Assembly: GCF_001194135.2 (NCBI RefSeq) | Contig: NC_068982.1 | Location: forward strand, 186,177,195-186,241,194 | Origin: Octopus bimaculoides | Taxonomy: Eukaryota | DNA: 64,000 bases | Reading direction: 5' to 3' | Shown: positions 12,419-24,540 of the stretch, piece after piece | How positions within the stretch are numbered: the stretch's first letter is position 1 | Layout of the letters: each line of letters opens with the position of its first letter | Program-made: the position numbers and the translations under genes | The notes under the pieces: model-generated | Databases searched by the model: none | What the model was told of the DNA's origin: nothing | Seen by the model: the letters and a program-made list of their open reading frames with translations, nothing else

Positions 12419-13184
12419 TAAAAGATTTGGAGTCAAGACTGACATTTCACGGTAAAATGCTGCCTTAAAAAACCCATCCACTCCTTATTGAAGAGAAAAT
12501 AAAAGTACTTTTGTGTTTGCTTTGCAAAATTGTTGATGTGAACTCTAGTCATCATCATCATCGTCATTTAAGATCTGCTTTCCATGCTGGCATGGGTTGA
12601 ACGGTTTGACCAAGAGCTGGCAAGCCAGGAGGTTGCTCCAGGCTCCAATTTGATCTGGCAAGGTTTCTACAGCTGGATGCCCTTCCCAGTGCCAACCACT
12701 CTGAGAGTGTTGAAATATATTTTGTCATATCTTGGGAGGGTTCTATACCAAAAATACAAACACACACACTGGACACATGATGTTAAATGGTGATGATGAA
12801 TTAGTTAGCCATTTAACTGATTGATTGCTTAATTAATCATTCAACTAATCAATCAGTACCTAATTAATTGATTGAACAAACATACAATTAAGCAAGTAAT
12901 CAATCGGTTAACTGGTGAAATAGTTAACCAACTGACAAATAAAAAAAAATAGAAAATGAAATACAGCCAGTGTGTGTGTTTATTATTGGCATAATGACCT
13001 TCCCAAGATACAAGATAATAATATAATCAGTAAAAAAACTGGTATTCATTATGCTTCTTAATTTATATTTAAATGGTTCCAATTTTTAAAAAACTTCTCA
13101 CAGAAATAAAAAGCAGAAAATTGAAAAATACAATAAAAACAGAAAAAAACGTGATATTTTCAGAAATTTGTAGAATTTACTTAC

Positions 13185-13260
13185 TTCTTGTGGAGAAACT
13201 GGTTTCGTTATATTGAATCCTTCTTCAACATCAGGCATTCCAACATATATATTTAGGTAT
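13185..13260 (-). CDS. POLR3B: RPC2 exon 4 ([25 protein letters not shown])
   Basis: ttttag / gtaagt, 76 nt, phase 2 to 0. Confidence 0.96.
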
Positions 13261-14630
13261 CTAAAATAAATATATTTTTGAAGGAAAGAATAAATATCAA
13301 AATGTTTCAATCACTGAGGAATANNNNNNNNNNNNNNNNNNNNNNNNNNNNNNNNNNNNNNNNNNNNNNNNNNNNNNNNNNNNNNNNNNNNNNNNNNNNN
13401 NNNNNNNNNNNNNNNNNNNNNNNNNNNNNNNNNNNNNNNNNNNNNNNNNNNNNNNNNNNNNNNNNNNNNNNNNNNNNNNNNNNNNNNNNNNNNNNNNNNN
13501 NNNNNNNNNNNNNNNNNNNNNNNNNNNNNNNNNNNNNNNNNNNNNNNNNNNNNNNNNNNNNNNNNNNNNNNNNNNNNNNNNNNNNNNNNNNNNNNNNNNN
13601 NNNNNNNNNNNNNNNNNNNNNNNNNNNNNNNNNNNNNNNNNNNNNNNNNNNNNNNNNNNNNNNNNNNNNNNNNNNNNNNNNNNNNNNNNNNNNNNNNNNN
13701 NNNNNNNNNNNNNNNNNNNNNNNNNNNNNNNNNNNNNNNNNNNNNNNNNNNNNNNNNNNNNNNNNNNNNNNNNNNNNNNNNNNNNNNNNNNNNNNNNNNN
13801 NNNNNNNNNNNNNNNNNNNNNNNNNNNNNNNNNNNNNNNNNNNNNNNNNNNNNNNNNNNNNNNNNNNNNNNNNNNNNNNNNNNNNNNNNNNNNNNNNNNN
13901 NNNNNNNNNNNNNNNNNNNNNNNNNNNNNNNNNNNNNNNNNNNNNNNNNNNNNNNNNNNNNNNNNNNNNNNNNNNNNNNNNNNNNNNNNNNNNNNNNNNN
14001 NNNNNNNNNNNNNNNNNNNNNNNNNNNNNNNNNNNNNNNNNNNNNNNNNNNNNNNNNNNNNNNNNNNNNNNNNNNNNNNNNNNNNNNNNNNNNNNNNNNN
14101 NNNNNNNNNNNNNNNNNNNNNNNNNNNNNNNNNNNNNNNNNNNNNNNNNNNNNNNNNNNNNNNTTATCGGTCTCTTTTGCCAAACTGCTAAGTTACAGGG
14201 ACGTAAACACATCAGCATCGGTTGTCAAGCGATGTTGGGAGGACAAATACAGGCACACAAACATATACACACACGTACACACACACACATATATGACGGG
14301 CTTCTTTCAGTTTCTGTCTACCAAATCCACTCACAAGGCTGTGGTCGGCCCAAGGCTATAGTTGAAAGACACTTGCCCAAGGTGCCACGCAGTGGGACTG
14401 AACCTGGAACCATGTGGTTCGTAAGCAAGCTACTTACCACACAGCCACTCATAAAAATATAATAGAATTTTTTAAAACAATGAATGGCTATGAGGGTCCA
14501 TCCGAGTTCAATGGGAACCAAAGGGGTCCCCAGGAAAAAGACAGTTAAGGACCATTGACTTAAGTCATAACAGAATTCTAACTAAAAGGAAATACTTGAA
14601 TAATTTGTAAAAGTTCATTAACAGACTTAC

Positions 14631-14695
14631 TTCAGATAAAAGTTCAAGTCAACATCACTAACAACTTTATCATTGGCCTTCATGATTTTCTTAAT
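14631..14695 (-). CDS. POLR3B: RPC2 exon 3 (IKKIMKANDKVVSDVDLNFYLK)
   Basis: ttccag / gtaagt, 65 nt, phase 0 to 2. Confidence 0.95.
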
Positions 14696-15539
14696 CTGGA
14701 AGCAAAAAAAAATGACGATTAAAAAATATCTGTTAATTAAAATCACAATTATAACATAAACGATTTCAGATCTAAATGATGATTGTGAATAAGATTTCAA
14801 AGATATTCATTTTTAAACTCCTTGATACAAGTAGGTTATATTAAACATAATTTAAAAGAAAAATTTGAAATCTGTCATTATATATATGTGTATATATGCA
14901 TGCATCTTGCACAGGCACATGCAAAATGAACATCCACATACACGCCTATTGCTCTTTAAAGGCCCAGTTAAGAGTACCCTTGATGCGTCATGCGATATGA
15001 TATGCTTGAGAAGACCTGTTGAGTCAAGTAAAATTAATATCATAGCTGAGGCCAGTGCCCCCAGACGGGCTCCTGTGCCGGTGGCACGTAAAAAGCAACA
15101 TCTGAATGTGATCAATGCCTGGCCCACCTGATTGGCTTCTGTGCTGGTGGTACATAAAAAGAACCCACTACACTCTTGGAGTGGTTGGTGTTAGGAAGTG
15201 CACGCAGCTGTAGAAATTTTGCCAGATCAGATTGAAGTCTGGTGCAGCCTCCTGGCTTCCCAGACCCCAGTTGAACCGTCCAACCCATGCCAGCATGGAA
15301 AACGGACGTTAAACGATGATGTTGCTAGTACTTGGAGAAAGGGGTGCCATAAATGGTCTCCCATAACCATTTATCTGTCCTCAGGGGTATGAACAGTAAA
15401 ATAAGTGCTGATAGTATTTGATCTGGGATGCCACCAAACACCATTACAAGACGGTTTGGCAGTCTTGTTGACCAGCTGAAGATCAGAAATGAGTAACTGT
15501 GAATACTGGAAACCAGAGCATTTCGGTTATAAAATATTA

Positions 15540-16260
15540 AAGGATAATTTATGTATATTGAGTCTTGTAATTTATTGCATCTAATGAACCAACAGATATA
15601 TATTTTTGTGTTCCTTTCTGTGGAAGAGCGTAGGCTCGAAACGTTAGACTTTTTCAATTCCCAAGCGTTATACTAATACAACTGTTTGTTTTCTACACTG
15701 CTTGTCTTTGTTGGGGGGTTTTTTGTGAATTCTCTCTATATACATATATATATATCATCATCAACATCATAGAATTAAGATTGAATGAATGTGGTGATAT
15801 CTAAGGTATGTTAGTTCCCAAACAACACTTATTTTAGTGCTGTTGACACTGCTGGATTGAATGGTACTGCCCAGGTGTCAAAACCATAATGATATCTGTG
15901 GGGCAGCTGATGATGGCAGTATGTTGGATTGTTGGTATTGTATGTGTGGAATAGTTTTNNNNNNNNNNNNNNNNNNNNNNNNNNNNNNNNNNNNNNNNNN
16001 NNNNNNNNNNNNNNNNNNNNNNNNNNNNNNNNNNNNNNNNNNNNNNNNNNNNNNNNNNNNNNATATATATATATATATATATATATAGTAAGAATTTACA
16101 AAAAAACAAAAGACAAAGACGGGTGTGTGAACAACAAACAGATGTATTACTTTCAGGAAGTGAGAAAGTCTTTTACGTTTTGAGCCTACGCTCTTCGACA
16201 GAAAGGAACACAGAAATAAACAGGGAAAGAAAATAGAAAAAGGTATACTGACTAGTGATC
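15540..16260. mobile_element. Inverted pair of a third Penelope-like repeat with variant hammerhead core
   Basis: Plus copy CTTT-CTGTGGA-A-GAGC-GTAG-GCTC-GAAA-CGTT (15614-15645); minus copy CTTT-CTGTCGA-A-GAGC-GTAG-GCTC-AAAA-CGTA-AAAG (16205-16170). Flanks homologous over about 170 bp. Confidence 0.55.
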
Positions 16261-16997
16261 TATCATATATATATATTGAGAGAGAAAGAGAAAGAATTTT
16301 TTTTGTTAGTAAAGCTGAAACTGAGACTTTGTTTCGCAACTCAAGTTTCATGCCACTGCAATCTTCAGGCAAGAACTGTAGCATAACACTATCGCAAGAC
16401 AAACTCTTACATTCAGTTTCAATAAAGTAACTATCTTCTCTACATGTATTGAGCACTATTCTCACGTATAACATCCATGCTGGCATGGGCTGGATGGTTT
16501 GACAGGATCTGAAGAGCCTAATGACTACATCATACTCCAATTGTCTGTTTTGGCATAGTTTCTATAGTGCAATGTCCTTCCTAATGCCAACCACTTCATG
16601 AAATGTACTGGGGTTACAAATTCATTTGCAAGACAAAGACTTCTCAGCTGAGAGAGGGAGTGGAAGTGGGGGAAGTGGCTGTGTGCCAGGAGAGAGTTTA
16701 GAGTATAAGAGGGACAGAGACAGTTGTCTTACTAGAAAGGAGATACTTGACTGCTTTAGCGGGACAAAGAAGAAGAGAAAAGGGAGAAAGAGACACACAT
16801 ACACCACAGGGCTTTTCTCAGTTTCCATCTACTAAAGGCTTTGGATGCGCTGTGGCTTTCGTAGAAGACGCTGAAGGTGCCACACAGTGAAACTGAACCC
16901 AAGACCACATGGTCACCAGGCAAGCATCTTAACCATACAGCTATGTCTCTACCTATAACAAGGTTAACAAGATTAATTAATGTAAAACTATGCATAC

Positions 16998-17087
16998 CTC
17001 TACATTAATGAAGTAATTGAAGGAATCTATATGTTGTTTCACTAATCCTTTCACCTTCAAAAAAGCTGGAAGCAGTTTCCATTTGTC
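16998..17087 (-). CDS. POLR3B: RPC2 exon 2 ([30 protein letters not shown])
   Basis: ttttcag acceptor, gtatgc donor, 90 nt. Near-identical to the conserved RPC2 motif [25 protein letters not shown]. Confidence 0.97.
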
Positions 17088-17240
17088 CTGAAAAAAAAAC
17101 AAGAAAAATGAATAAATTATGATGGAGAAAATCACTTCAAATGAAACAAAAAGTAAATCCTACCAGAGTTATCTTTCCTTTAATCTTGAGCTCTGTAGAA
17201 CCAAAGACTAAATTCAACCAGTTTGATATTCTTTGGCTTT

Positions 17241-17440
17241 TTAACCCTTTCATTACCCATCCGGCTGAAACCGCTTCTGGCTCTGTAGTACAAATGTCTT
17301 GTTTTCATAAGTTTTGAATTAAAATCTTCCACCAAACCTTAATTACAATTTATGTTCCTAACACGAGCTTAATGATAACTAAGTTATTTTGCTAAATTCT
17401 TTGTTATATTTTAAATTAATTGAAAGAAACACAGAGCATC
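17241..17440 (+). mobile_element. piggyBac-like MITE left end
   Basis: TTAA-CCCTTT start. Related TTAACCCTT...TTACCATATT ends occur near 5450, 25475 and 63335. Confidence 0.45.
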
Positions 17441-17444
17441 TCAG

Positions 17445-17755
17445 GAAAGATCCTTCAAAGGAGTAGATAGTTTTTGTTACCTAGGTAATGAAATTAGCAG
17501 TGGAGGAGACTGTTGTGAAAGTGTAGTTGTTAGAACAAGATGGAGAAAATTTTCAGAGAGCTATTAACTTTTGTTGGTAACAAAAGGTCTCTCTCTCAAA
17601 GTGGAAGGCACACTGTATGATGCTTGTGTACAAACAGCACTGCTACATGTTAGTGAAACATGGGCTGTGAATGCTGAGGGCATGAAAAAAACGAAGCTAG
17701 CATGCTCCACTGGCTGTGCAACTTCAGTGTGCATTGTATGGCAAAGTGTGAACTA
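17445..17755 (+). pseudogene. RTE RT fragment in POLR3B intron 1
   Basis: VDSFCYLG, LYDACVQTALLHVSETWAV; homologous to 21421-22470. Confidence 0.8.
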
Positions 17756-19278
17756 ATGAACCAGACAGCAGTTCTAGTTCACTGACATGAATCCAGTGTG
17801 TATATTTTCTGTTTTAACGATTTGTCGATTCAGTTTCGAACTTGGCTTCAGTAGTTTTGCTGATGTTATATTGATGGGGAAAAGTCTCACAGTTAATGGT
17901 GATGGGTGACTCCAGGAACCGGAAGTAAGAGTTCTATGCCAATATTGCTGAAGCGCAGATGTGGAAAAAAACCTTCTTATGAGTTTTGGGGTTAAAATTG
18001 TACGGGAAACATGAAGAGGAATACCCAGGAAGATGGTTTCAATGAGTCACTTAGCTGTCTAAAATAGGTCAGGTGAAACACATTTTGTAGATGTGGAAGG
18101 AGGATGTATGGTGTTCTGGCTTATTCAGGTAGTGACAGGACAAAACAAATGTATGCAGAGACAGTGATGGATGGGTAAAGACAGAGTTTGGAGGTGAGAA
18201 ACTGGCTGAAAGTGTTTGGTGTGTCTTGTAGGGAATAAGCACAGGTGTAGCTAATGGCTGTGCAGGTAGTTAAGAGGTTGCAACCCATGACAGTCTTGCA
18301 TCAGTGTGAGAGCTTGGAAGAGTTGTACGCATAGAGAGACCTCGAGTGTGACTCCACCGTGTAAGAGACGGAGAGAGAAGTAAAGGGACATAGATGTCTT
18401 CAACGGAGGAAATGCAACAGCTCTATAATTACTGGATGTGACTGGAGGACATTGGGATGTGGTAGGAACTAATACGTTATTTGTTAAAACTTGCCCCTCC
18501 CGAGTTGTCTTTTCCTTTTTGTTCACTGAATTCACTTACATGATGACTTTATCTGAAAAATAACTTGGAAAAGTCATGAATTTACTACATTTGTATTCAT
18601 TAATAGTTCTATAGTACTGTCCACTATAAAGTGGCAAAAAATTTCGTCGTATATCTACGACTTGGGTATTAACACAACGACAAAAGGTCAGTGAGCGGGT
18701 CGTTATATTTACGACGAACTTTTTTGAAGCTTCGTAGTATGCAATACTACCAAGAAACAAAACGAAGAAAAACAGGAATACATATGCGTGCACATATATT
18801 ATATAGGTAATTGTTCAGTATGGTTATATTTAAAAAGTAAATAAAAATTAAGGGGGGAGATAAGTAGTAAAAGAAACAAAGAGACCTTAAATATATACAT
18901 ATACATCACACACGCCGATCGCAGAGTGACCATTGGTTTCGCACTTATGGTCACTCTCTGACCGGCCATAACAAACTTCTAAATATATTACTGCTCAAAT
19001 ATTTTAGTGTGTTTCTTTTACGAATAAATAAACCACTGATGACCGGCTAACCAGCGCAATCGACCTGCTTCTTCCTGTGTTTGTTTCTCCATTTTCCACA
19101 TGATTATAATTATAAACTGCGGTTTACACGATAAATTACCTGCCTCTGGATACCTTCTAACAAAGACGGTACCCACACAAGTAATCTCCAGGAGTGCCTT
19201 CGGATTTAATTCTCCCTTAGTTGCTTAAACACTTTTAGCCCATCACTTGAATGTTTAAACAATCCTAACTTATACCTA

Positions 19279-19311
<33 letters not shown>

Positions 19312-20192
19312 CCAGCGGTCAGACATCACTGCTGTTTCTAATAAAGTATGGAATGTATGTTTTTGTATGCGGGAAAATGTGAACTTACATTTGTAATATA
19401 AGTAAGAAATGGGGTTTATAACATGAAACACTTGTAACATTTATGGCGAAGTAACTTCATTCGCATCTAAGAATTTCAAAACTAAAACCATTCTGCAATC
19501 CGATAAGAATTAGATATGAAACTTTTATTTTAAAATGTCACTAAATGAAAATCGAAAATATTGCATCAGTTTGAGACAATGGTAAAAGACTATTGTATAA
19601 CCTTAACCATTATATTAGAGACACACTGTTAACTTGTATGTCTGTGCTTCAGAAATTAGAAACTTCAACCAATTTTTACCCCTCTTACGTGGGCTTATTT
19701 ATCGGATGCTTTCATATATCTAGAATATCAATTTAATAATTATCGTATTTGTTGGCATAAAAGAGTCCCATTTTTAGTGCATTAAAATATATATATATAT
19801 AGCATCGCATACAGGATCCGGGGCGAATTATTTTTGAGACACTTTTTTTTTTATAAAATATGCATCTTCTATGCCATGAAATACAGTATATTTCAATTTC
19901 TGAAGAGAGTATAGAACCACAAATTTATAGCGAAGGGGATTTGGTGGTGTACATGCTTTTCTATAAAACAAAAGTGGAATTAGCTGCAGCTGAGAATCAA
20001 GAACTGGTCGCAGACTTTGCTGGAAGGGAGCTCGATTTCTTCAGGAATTTTACATCGATAAGCTTCTTTTGCTCGTGTGTCTATGGTGTGCAAAAGAACA
20101 AGACTCAAACATCATCGCATATTTAAAATCTTCTGACACTGAACGAGACGACCGAATGAAAGACAAACATGGAATTATTTTAAAGAATTTAC

Positions 20193-20261
20193 CTCAATTT
20201 TCTTCACTGGTTGAGTTAATTCGATTTTGTCAAGCTTCAATAAGTCATCGAGTGTCTCCAT
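20193..20261 (-). CDS. POLR3B: RNA polymerase III subunit RPC2, exon 1 (METLDDLLKLDKIELTQPVKKIE)
   Basis: ATG in AGAATGG context, 69 nt, GAG|gtaaat donor. Joins in phase 0 to [11 protein letters not shown], like the RPC2 N-terminus. Missed by the ORF track. Confidence 0.85.
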
Positions 20262-20339
20262 TCTTCCTTTCTTTTCACCAAAGCGAAATTAACTGCTATT
20301 TATCCAACATCAATCACAATAACAACATGAAAAAGACAA

Positions 20340-20410
20340 ATGTAAACATGTGCGCCGGTTGATAGACCGGAAGCCAGAACTTTAAAGGTACGGACTTCCG
20401 GTATTGGGAG
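20340..20410 (-). promoter_or_regulatory. Putative POLR3B proximal promoter with two inverted ETS motifs
   Basis: ACCGGAAG at 20366-20373 and ACTTCCGGT at 20394-20402, 105-140 bp upstream of the ATG in a locally CpG-rich patch. Typical of TATA-less housekeeping promoters. Confidence 0.55.
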
Positions 20411-20552
20411 TTAACCACCTTGTCACACGCGATTTGGTATATTTGCTAACGAAGAAATTTATTAACCCACAAAGAGCTGGGATTTGCACTTACATAGCAT
20501 GGACTGCTATGAAAATGAGACTACCATGCACACATAAAAAACAAAAAATAGT

Positions 20553-20822
20553 GGATCTTTCTGATTTGACGGGCAACACTTTTCATTCATGTTTTATGTA
20601 GTGTTTTTGGTACCGAAACACTTTCAAACTTCGTATACTTTTTGTATTCGAAGTTATTTCATGTAAAAAATTGTCGTATTTCGGTAATTTCAACCAATTA
20701 CTGACGTCTATTGAGGTGAAAACAAGTACTGCCGTGGAATGTAAACAACATATACTAACGGTGTCAAGTTTGAAAGTGTTTCGTTAAGACAACAAGTGGT
20801 GCCCGTCAAATCAGAAAGATCC
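20553..20822. mobile_element. 270-bp MITE with GG termini and 8-bp TSD (Merlin-like)
   Basis: TIR GGATCTTTCTGATTTGACGGGCAACACTT / AAGTGGTGCCCGTCAAATCAGAAAGATCC; inner IR CGAAACACTTTCAAACTT; TSD AAAATAGT at 20545-52 and 20823-30. Confidence 0.85.
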
Positions 20823-21420
20823 AAAATAGTTAAAATATCTTCTTAGTATATCATATGAAAGTTCATTAGTTGAACTATTAGTCCTCTTGCATTCTGGTGG
20901 GTATCGGAGCGTTTGAGTTACATTAGACCCCAACAAACGCGCATCTGTCTGGACCACGATCTTAGCCTGTCGACCTGTGCCTGACGGCCACGATCGTGGC
21001 CCGTCGTGCTTTATGTGTTAATTATTTGATAGATATAGATTAAGACAACGGAAACAGATTTATTGTGGTATAAGAATATATCTTTTATTTCTTTCAGTCA
21101 CTAAATTGCGGCCATGCTAGAGCACTGCCCTGGAGAATCTTTTTAATAGAATGAATCGACCAAATATTTATTTTTTTAAGCCTGGTACTTATTCTAGCCT
21201 TCAATTTTGTCGACTGCTAAGTTACGGGGACGTAAACACACCAACACTGGTTGTCAAGCGGTATTGGGGGACAAACACACACACATACATACATACATAC
21301 ATACATACATACGTACGTACGTACGTACGTACATACAAGCCCAGCCCAATGTGCCACGCAATGGGACTGATCCCGGAACCATGTGGTTGGGAAGCAAGCC
21401 TCTTACCACACAGCCATGCC

Positions 21421-22470
21421 ATGTACAGGGATGCTGTCAGTAAGGTGAGGGTTGGCAATGAGTACAGTGAAGAATTCCAGGTAGGGGTAGGGGTCCACCA
21501 AGGATTAGTCCTCAGTCCCCTCTTATTCATCATTAGTCCTCCAGGCAATAACAGAGAAATTCAAGACAGGATGCCCCTGGGAGCTCCTCTATGCTGATGA
21601 CCTTGCTCTCATTGCTGAGTCACTATCAGAACTTCAGGTGTGGAAACCAGGTCTAGAATTGAAGGGCTTTGAAATCAATCTAGCAAAAACCAAAGTCTTA
21701 GTAAGTAGGAAGGCAAACAAATCACAAATCCCTTCAGGTAGATGGTCCTGCTCAATCTGTAGAAAAGGCATAGGTAGAAACTCCATAAGATGTACCTGGT
21801 GTAAGCTATGGACACACTTCAACGGTGCTTGTTACATGCTGGCATACAGCAATATCAAAGGAAGGCTAACTGGGAAGATAGTTTTGTGTGTGACAACTGC
21901 TCAAGGGCAATAAGCACTGGAAATGTGCAGAAAACAGCTTCCATCACATGCCAGGGGGGGAAACTAGAAGTAGGTGATAGCTTCAGTTACCTAGGTGACC
22001 AAGTCAGTAGCAAGGGTGGATGCTCTGTGAGTGTAGCTGCTAGAATAAGAATAGCCTGGGCAAAGTTCAAAGAGCTCCTACTATTGCTGGTAGTAAAAGG
22101 TAGACTGTATGACGCATGTGTGCAAACAGCCATGCTATATGGCAGTGAAACATGGGCCGTGACTGCTATGAACATGCGTAAGCTTGCAAGGAATGAAGCC
22201 AGTATGCTTCGCTGGATGTGTAATGTCAGTGTGTGTACACGACAGAGTGTAAGCACCCTGAGAGAAAAGCTGGACATAAGAAGCATCAGATGTGGTGTGC
22301 AAGAGAGAAAACTGCGCTGGTATGGTCATGTGTTGCATATGGATGCGGACAGCTGTGTGAAAAAGTGTCACACCCTAGCAGTAGAGGGAACCTGTGGAAG
22401 AGGTAGACCTAGGAAGACATGGGATGAGGTGATGAAGCACGACCTTCGAACAGTGGGCCAATTTAGAAAT
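21421..22470 (+). pseudogene. RTE-clade LINE reverse transcriptase 3' half, frameshifted
   Basis: GVHQGLVLSPLLF, LLYADDLALIAES, FSYLGDQV, LYGSETW, LRWYGHV, GRGRPRKTW. Confidence 0.93.
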
Positions 22471-24540
22471 ACATATAAGGGAGACAACAAGTGTTGGCTT
22501 ATTGTCACTTAAACAGGAGTTATTTCCCCATACACCATACTGCTGAAATTCATCAACACTATATATATTTTTTTTATCCGATGTTCTTGGCAGAAACGTT
22601 AGCACGCCGGGCGAAATGCTTAGCGGTATTTCGTCTGTCTTAATGCTCTGAGTTCAAATTCCGCCGTGGTCGACTTTGCCTTTCATCCTTTCGGGATCCA
22701 TAAATTAAGTACCACTTGCATACTGGGGTAGATTTAATCGACTGGCCACCTCACCGAAAATTTCGGGGCTTGTTCCTGGAGTAGAAACGGATATTCTTGA
22801 GACTTTAAGGGTTTCGGATTTAGAAATGAGTGGATATTTGACTCTATGAAATGAGAGTTTAGGGAAGTTGCCCAAGTCTAAAACGCTGTTTATTTCTCAA
22901 AAGAATTTATAACATATAATAGCTAACACTTCCGCACGGGGAAAGAAAACGGACATAGAATGCGAGGGTGGCGATGTAAAAAAGAATTTTAATATTTCAT
23001 AACAAAGTTTTTCACAATCATAACTCCCGTTGTATGGAACACGTGAATATTTACAAACGAAGCAAACAATAAATTCCTTTTCTCTTTTTCCTTCTCCATA
23101 AAGTAGTAATTACTTTTCCGAAAATCCGCGGCCATTTTACAGAAACCAGGCGCCAACCCAGTTACAAACATGTGAGTCTCTCAATGGAAAGCTTCGCTTT
23201 TCACTAAAACAGATCCGGAATTTTCATTTTCGTCCAACCCAGACAGGATGACGTTGCTTCACAACAACTGGGCTTCCTAGGAATTTTCCGAGTGCTTTCT
23301 GGAATTTTCCATTTGTATCAGCTCTCTATGTTTCAGATAAAGGATTATCAGCTGTTACGATTTATAGCAGAGGCACAATGTCACAGCTGTTGGTGAAGAG
23401 TGGAGCCAGTCCTATCAACTCCACTATTTGACAAACTAGGATTTATATTACAGACATTGGAAAGATGACTGCATGTATGTGTGTGTATGTGCAGTTCAGC
23501 AAAAGAGACTGATGGAGTAAGTAGTGGGCTTACAAAGAATAAGTCCTGGAGTCAATTTCTTCAACTAAAAAGGCGGCGCTCCAGCATGGCTGCTGTCAAA
23601 CAACTGAGAGGAATGAAAGAATATAAGAACGTGTGTGTGCATGTGTGTGTTCTGTGTGTATGTGTGTGCATGTGAGTGTATGTGTGTGTATGTGTGTTTG
23701 TGTCTGTGTGTGTGTGTGTGTGTGCGAGCTTTGTGGCGTGTGTGTGTGTGTGTGCATGTTTATGTGTGCATATGTCTGTGCATGTGTGTACACATTTGTG
23801 TGTGTGTGTGTGCACGAGCTTTGTGCATGTGTGTGTGTGTGCAAGTGTGTAAATATATACATACTTTAGGGTGCTGGTGGCACATAAAAAGCACCCCTTA
23901 CACTCTGCAAAGTGGTTGGTGCTAGGAAGGGCATCCAGCCATAGAAGCCATATTGGAGTCTGGACAGCTCCTGTCAAACCGTCCAACCCATGCCAGCATG
24001 GAAAACAAATGTATGATGTATGATGATGATGATGGTACATTCATTCAAGCTTTTTGTGTCATCAGTTTTCACAATCCTTTCTGCAGATGTTTTAAGCTGT
24101 TTTCCCTTAGGAAATACATTTCATTCTATTGATGTCATTCTGTCTTCTTGTAAATAAAACTGAGAACTTCCTTCCGTAGGAAGGAAATGGGGAAATCTTT
24201 CAACTTAAAGAACAATCCATGTTGCTATGATGATGGTGATAGAGGGCATGACTGCGGCTGCAGAGTTGGCGTTGACAGCAGCGGCGGTGGTGGTGGTGGT
24301 GGTGATATTGGTAATGACGATGTTATGGCTGTAGTTGTGTTGTTGTTGTTGTTGGAGGTGGTGGTGGTGGTGGCAGCGGTAGTGGCTGTGGTGGTGGTGT
24401 ACCAGCTGAACGCTGGGGTTAAGGCAATCAACTTACTCCTATCTTAAAATTGCTGTTCTTGTGCCAAAATTTGAAACCAATATAATTAATTAATTAATTA
24501 ATTATAAGGCAATGAGCTAACAGAATTTTTTTTACAAGTC

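Noticed and set aside
18540-18556. C/D snoRNA boxes ATGATGA...CTGA
   Set aside because: Only 6 nt apart and antisense to the host transcript.
19028-19050. CTGATGACCGGC on the plus strand
   Set aside because: No closing stem II or GAAA; chance heptamer.
19860-20362. Plus-strand ORFs of 88 and 97 aa
   Set aside because: No recognisable motifs; the region is antisense to POLR3B exon 1, which explains its composition.
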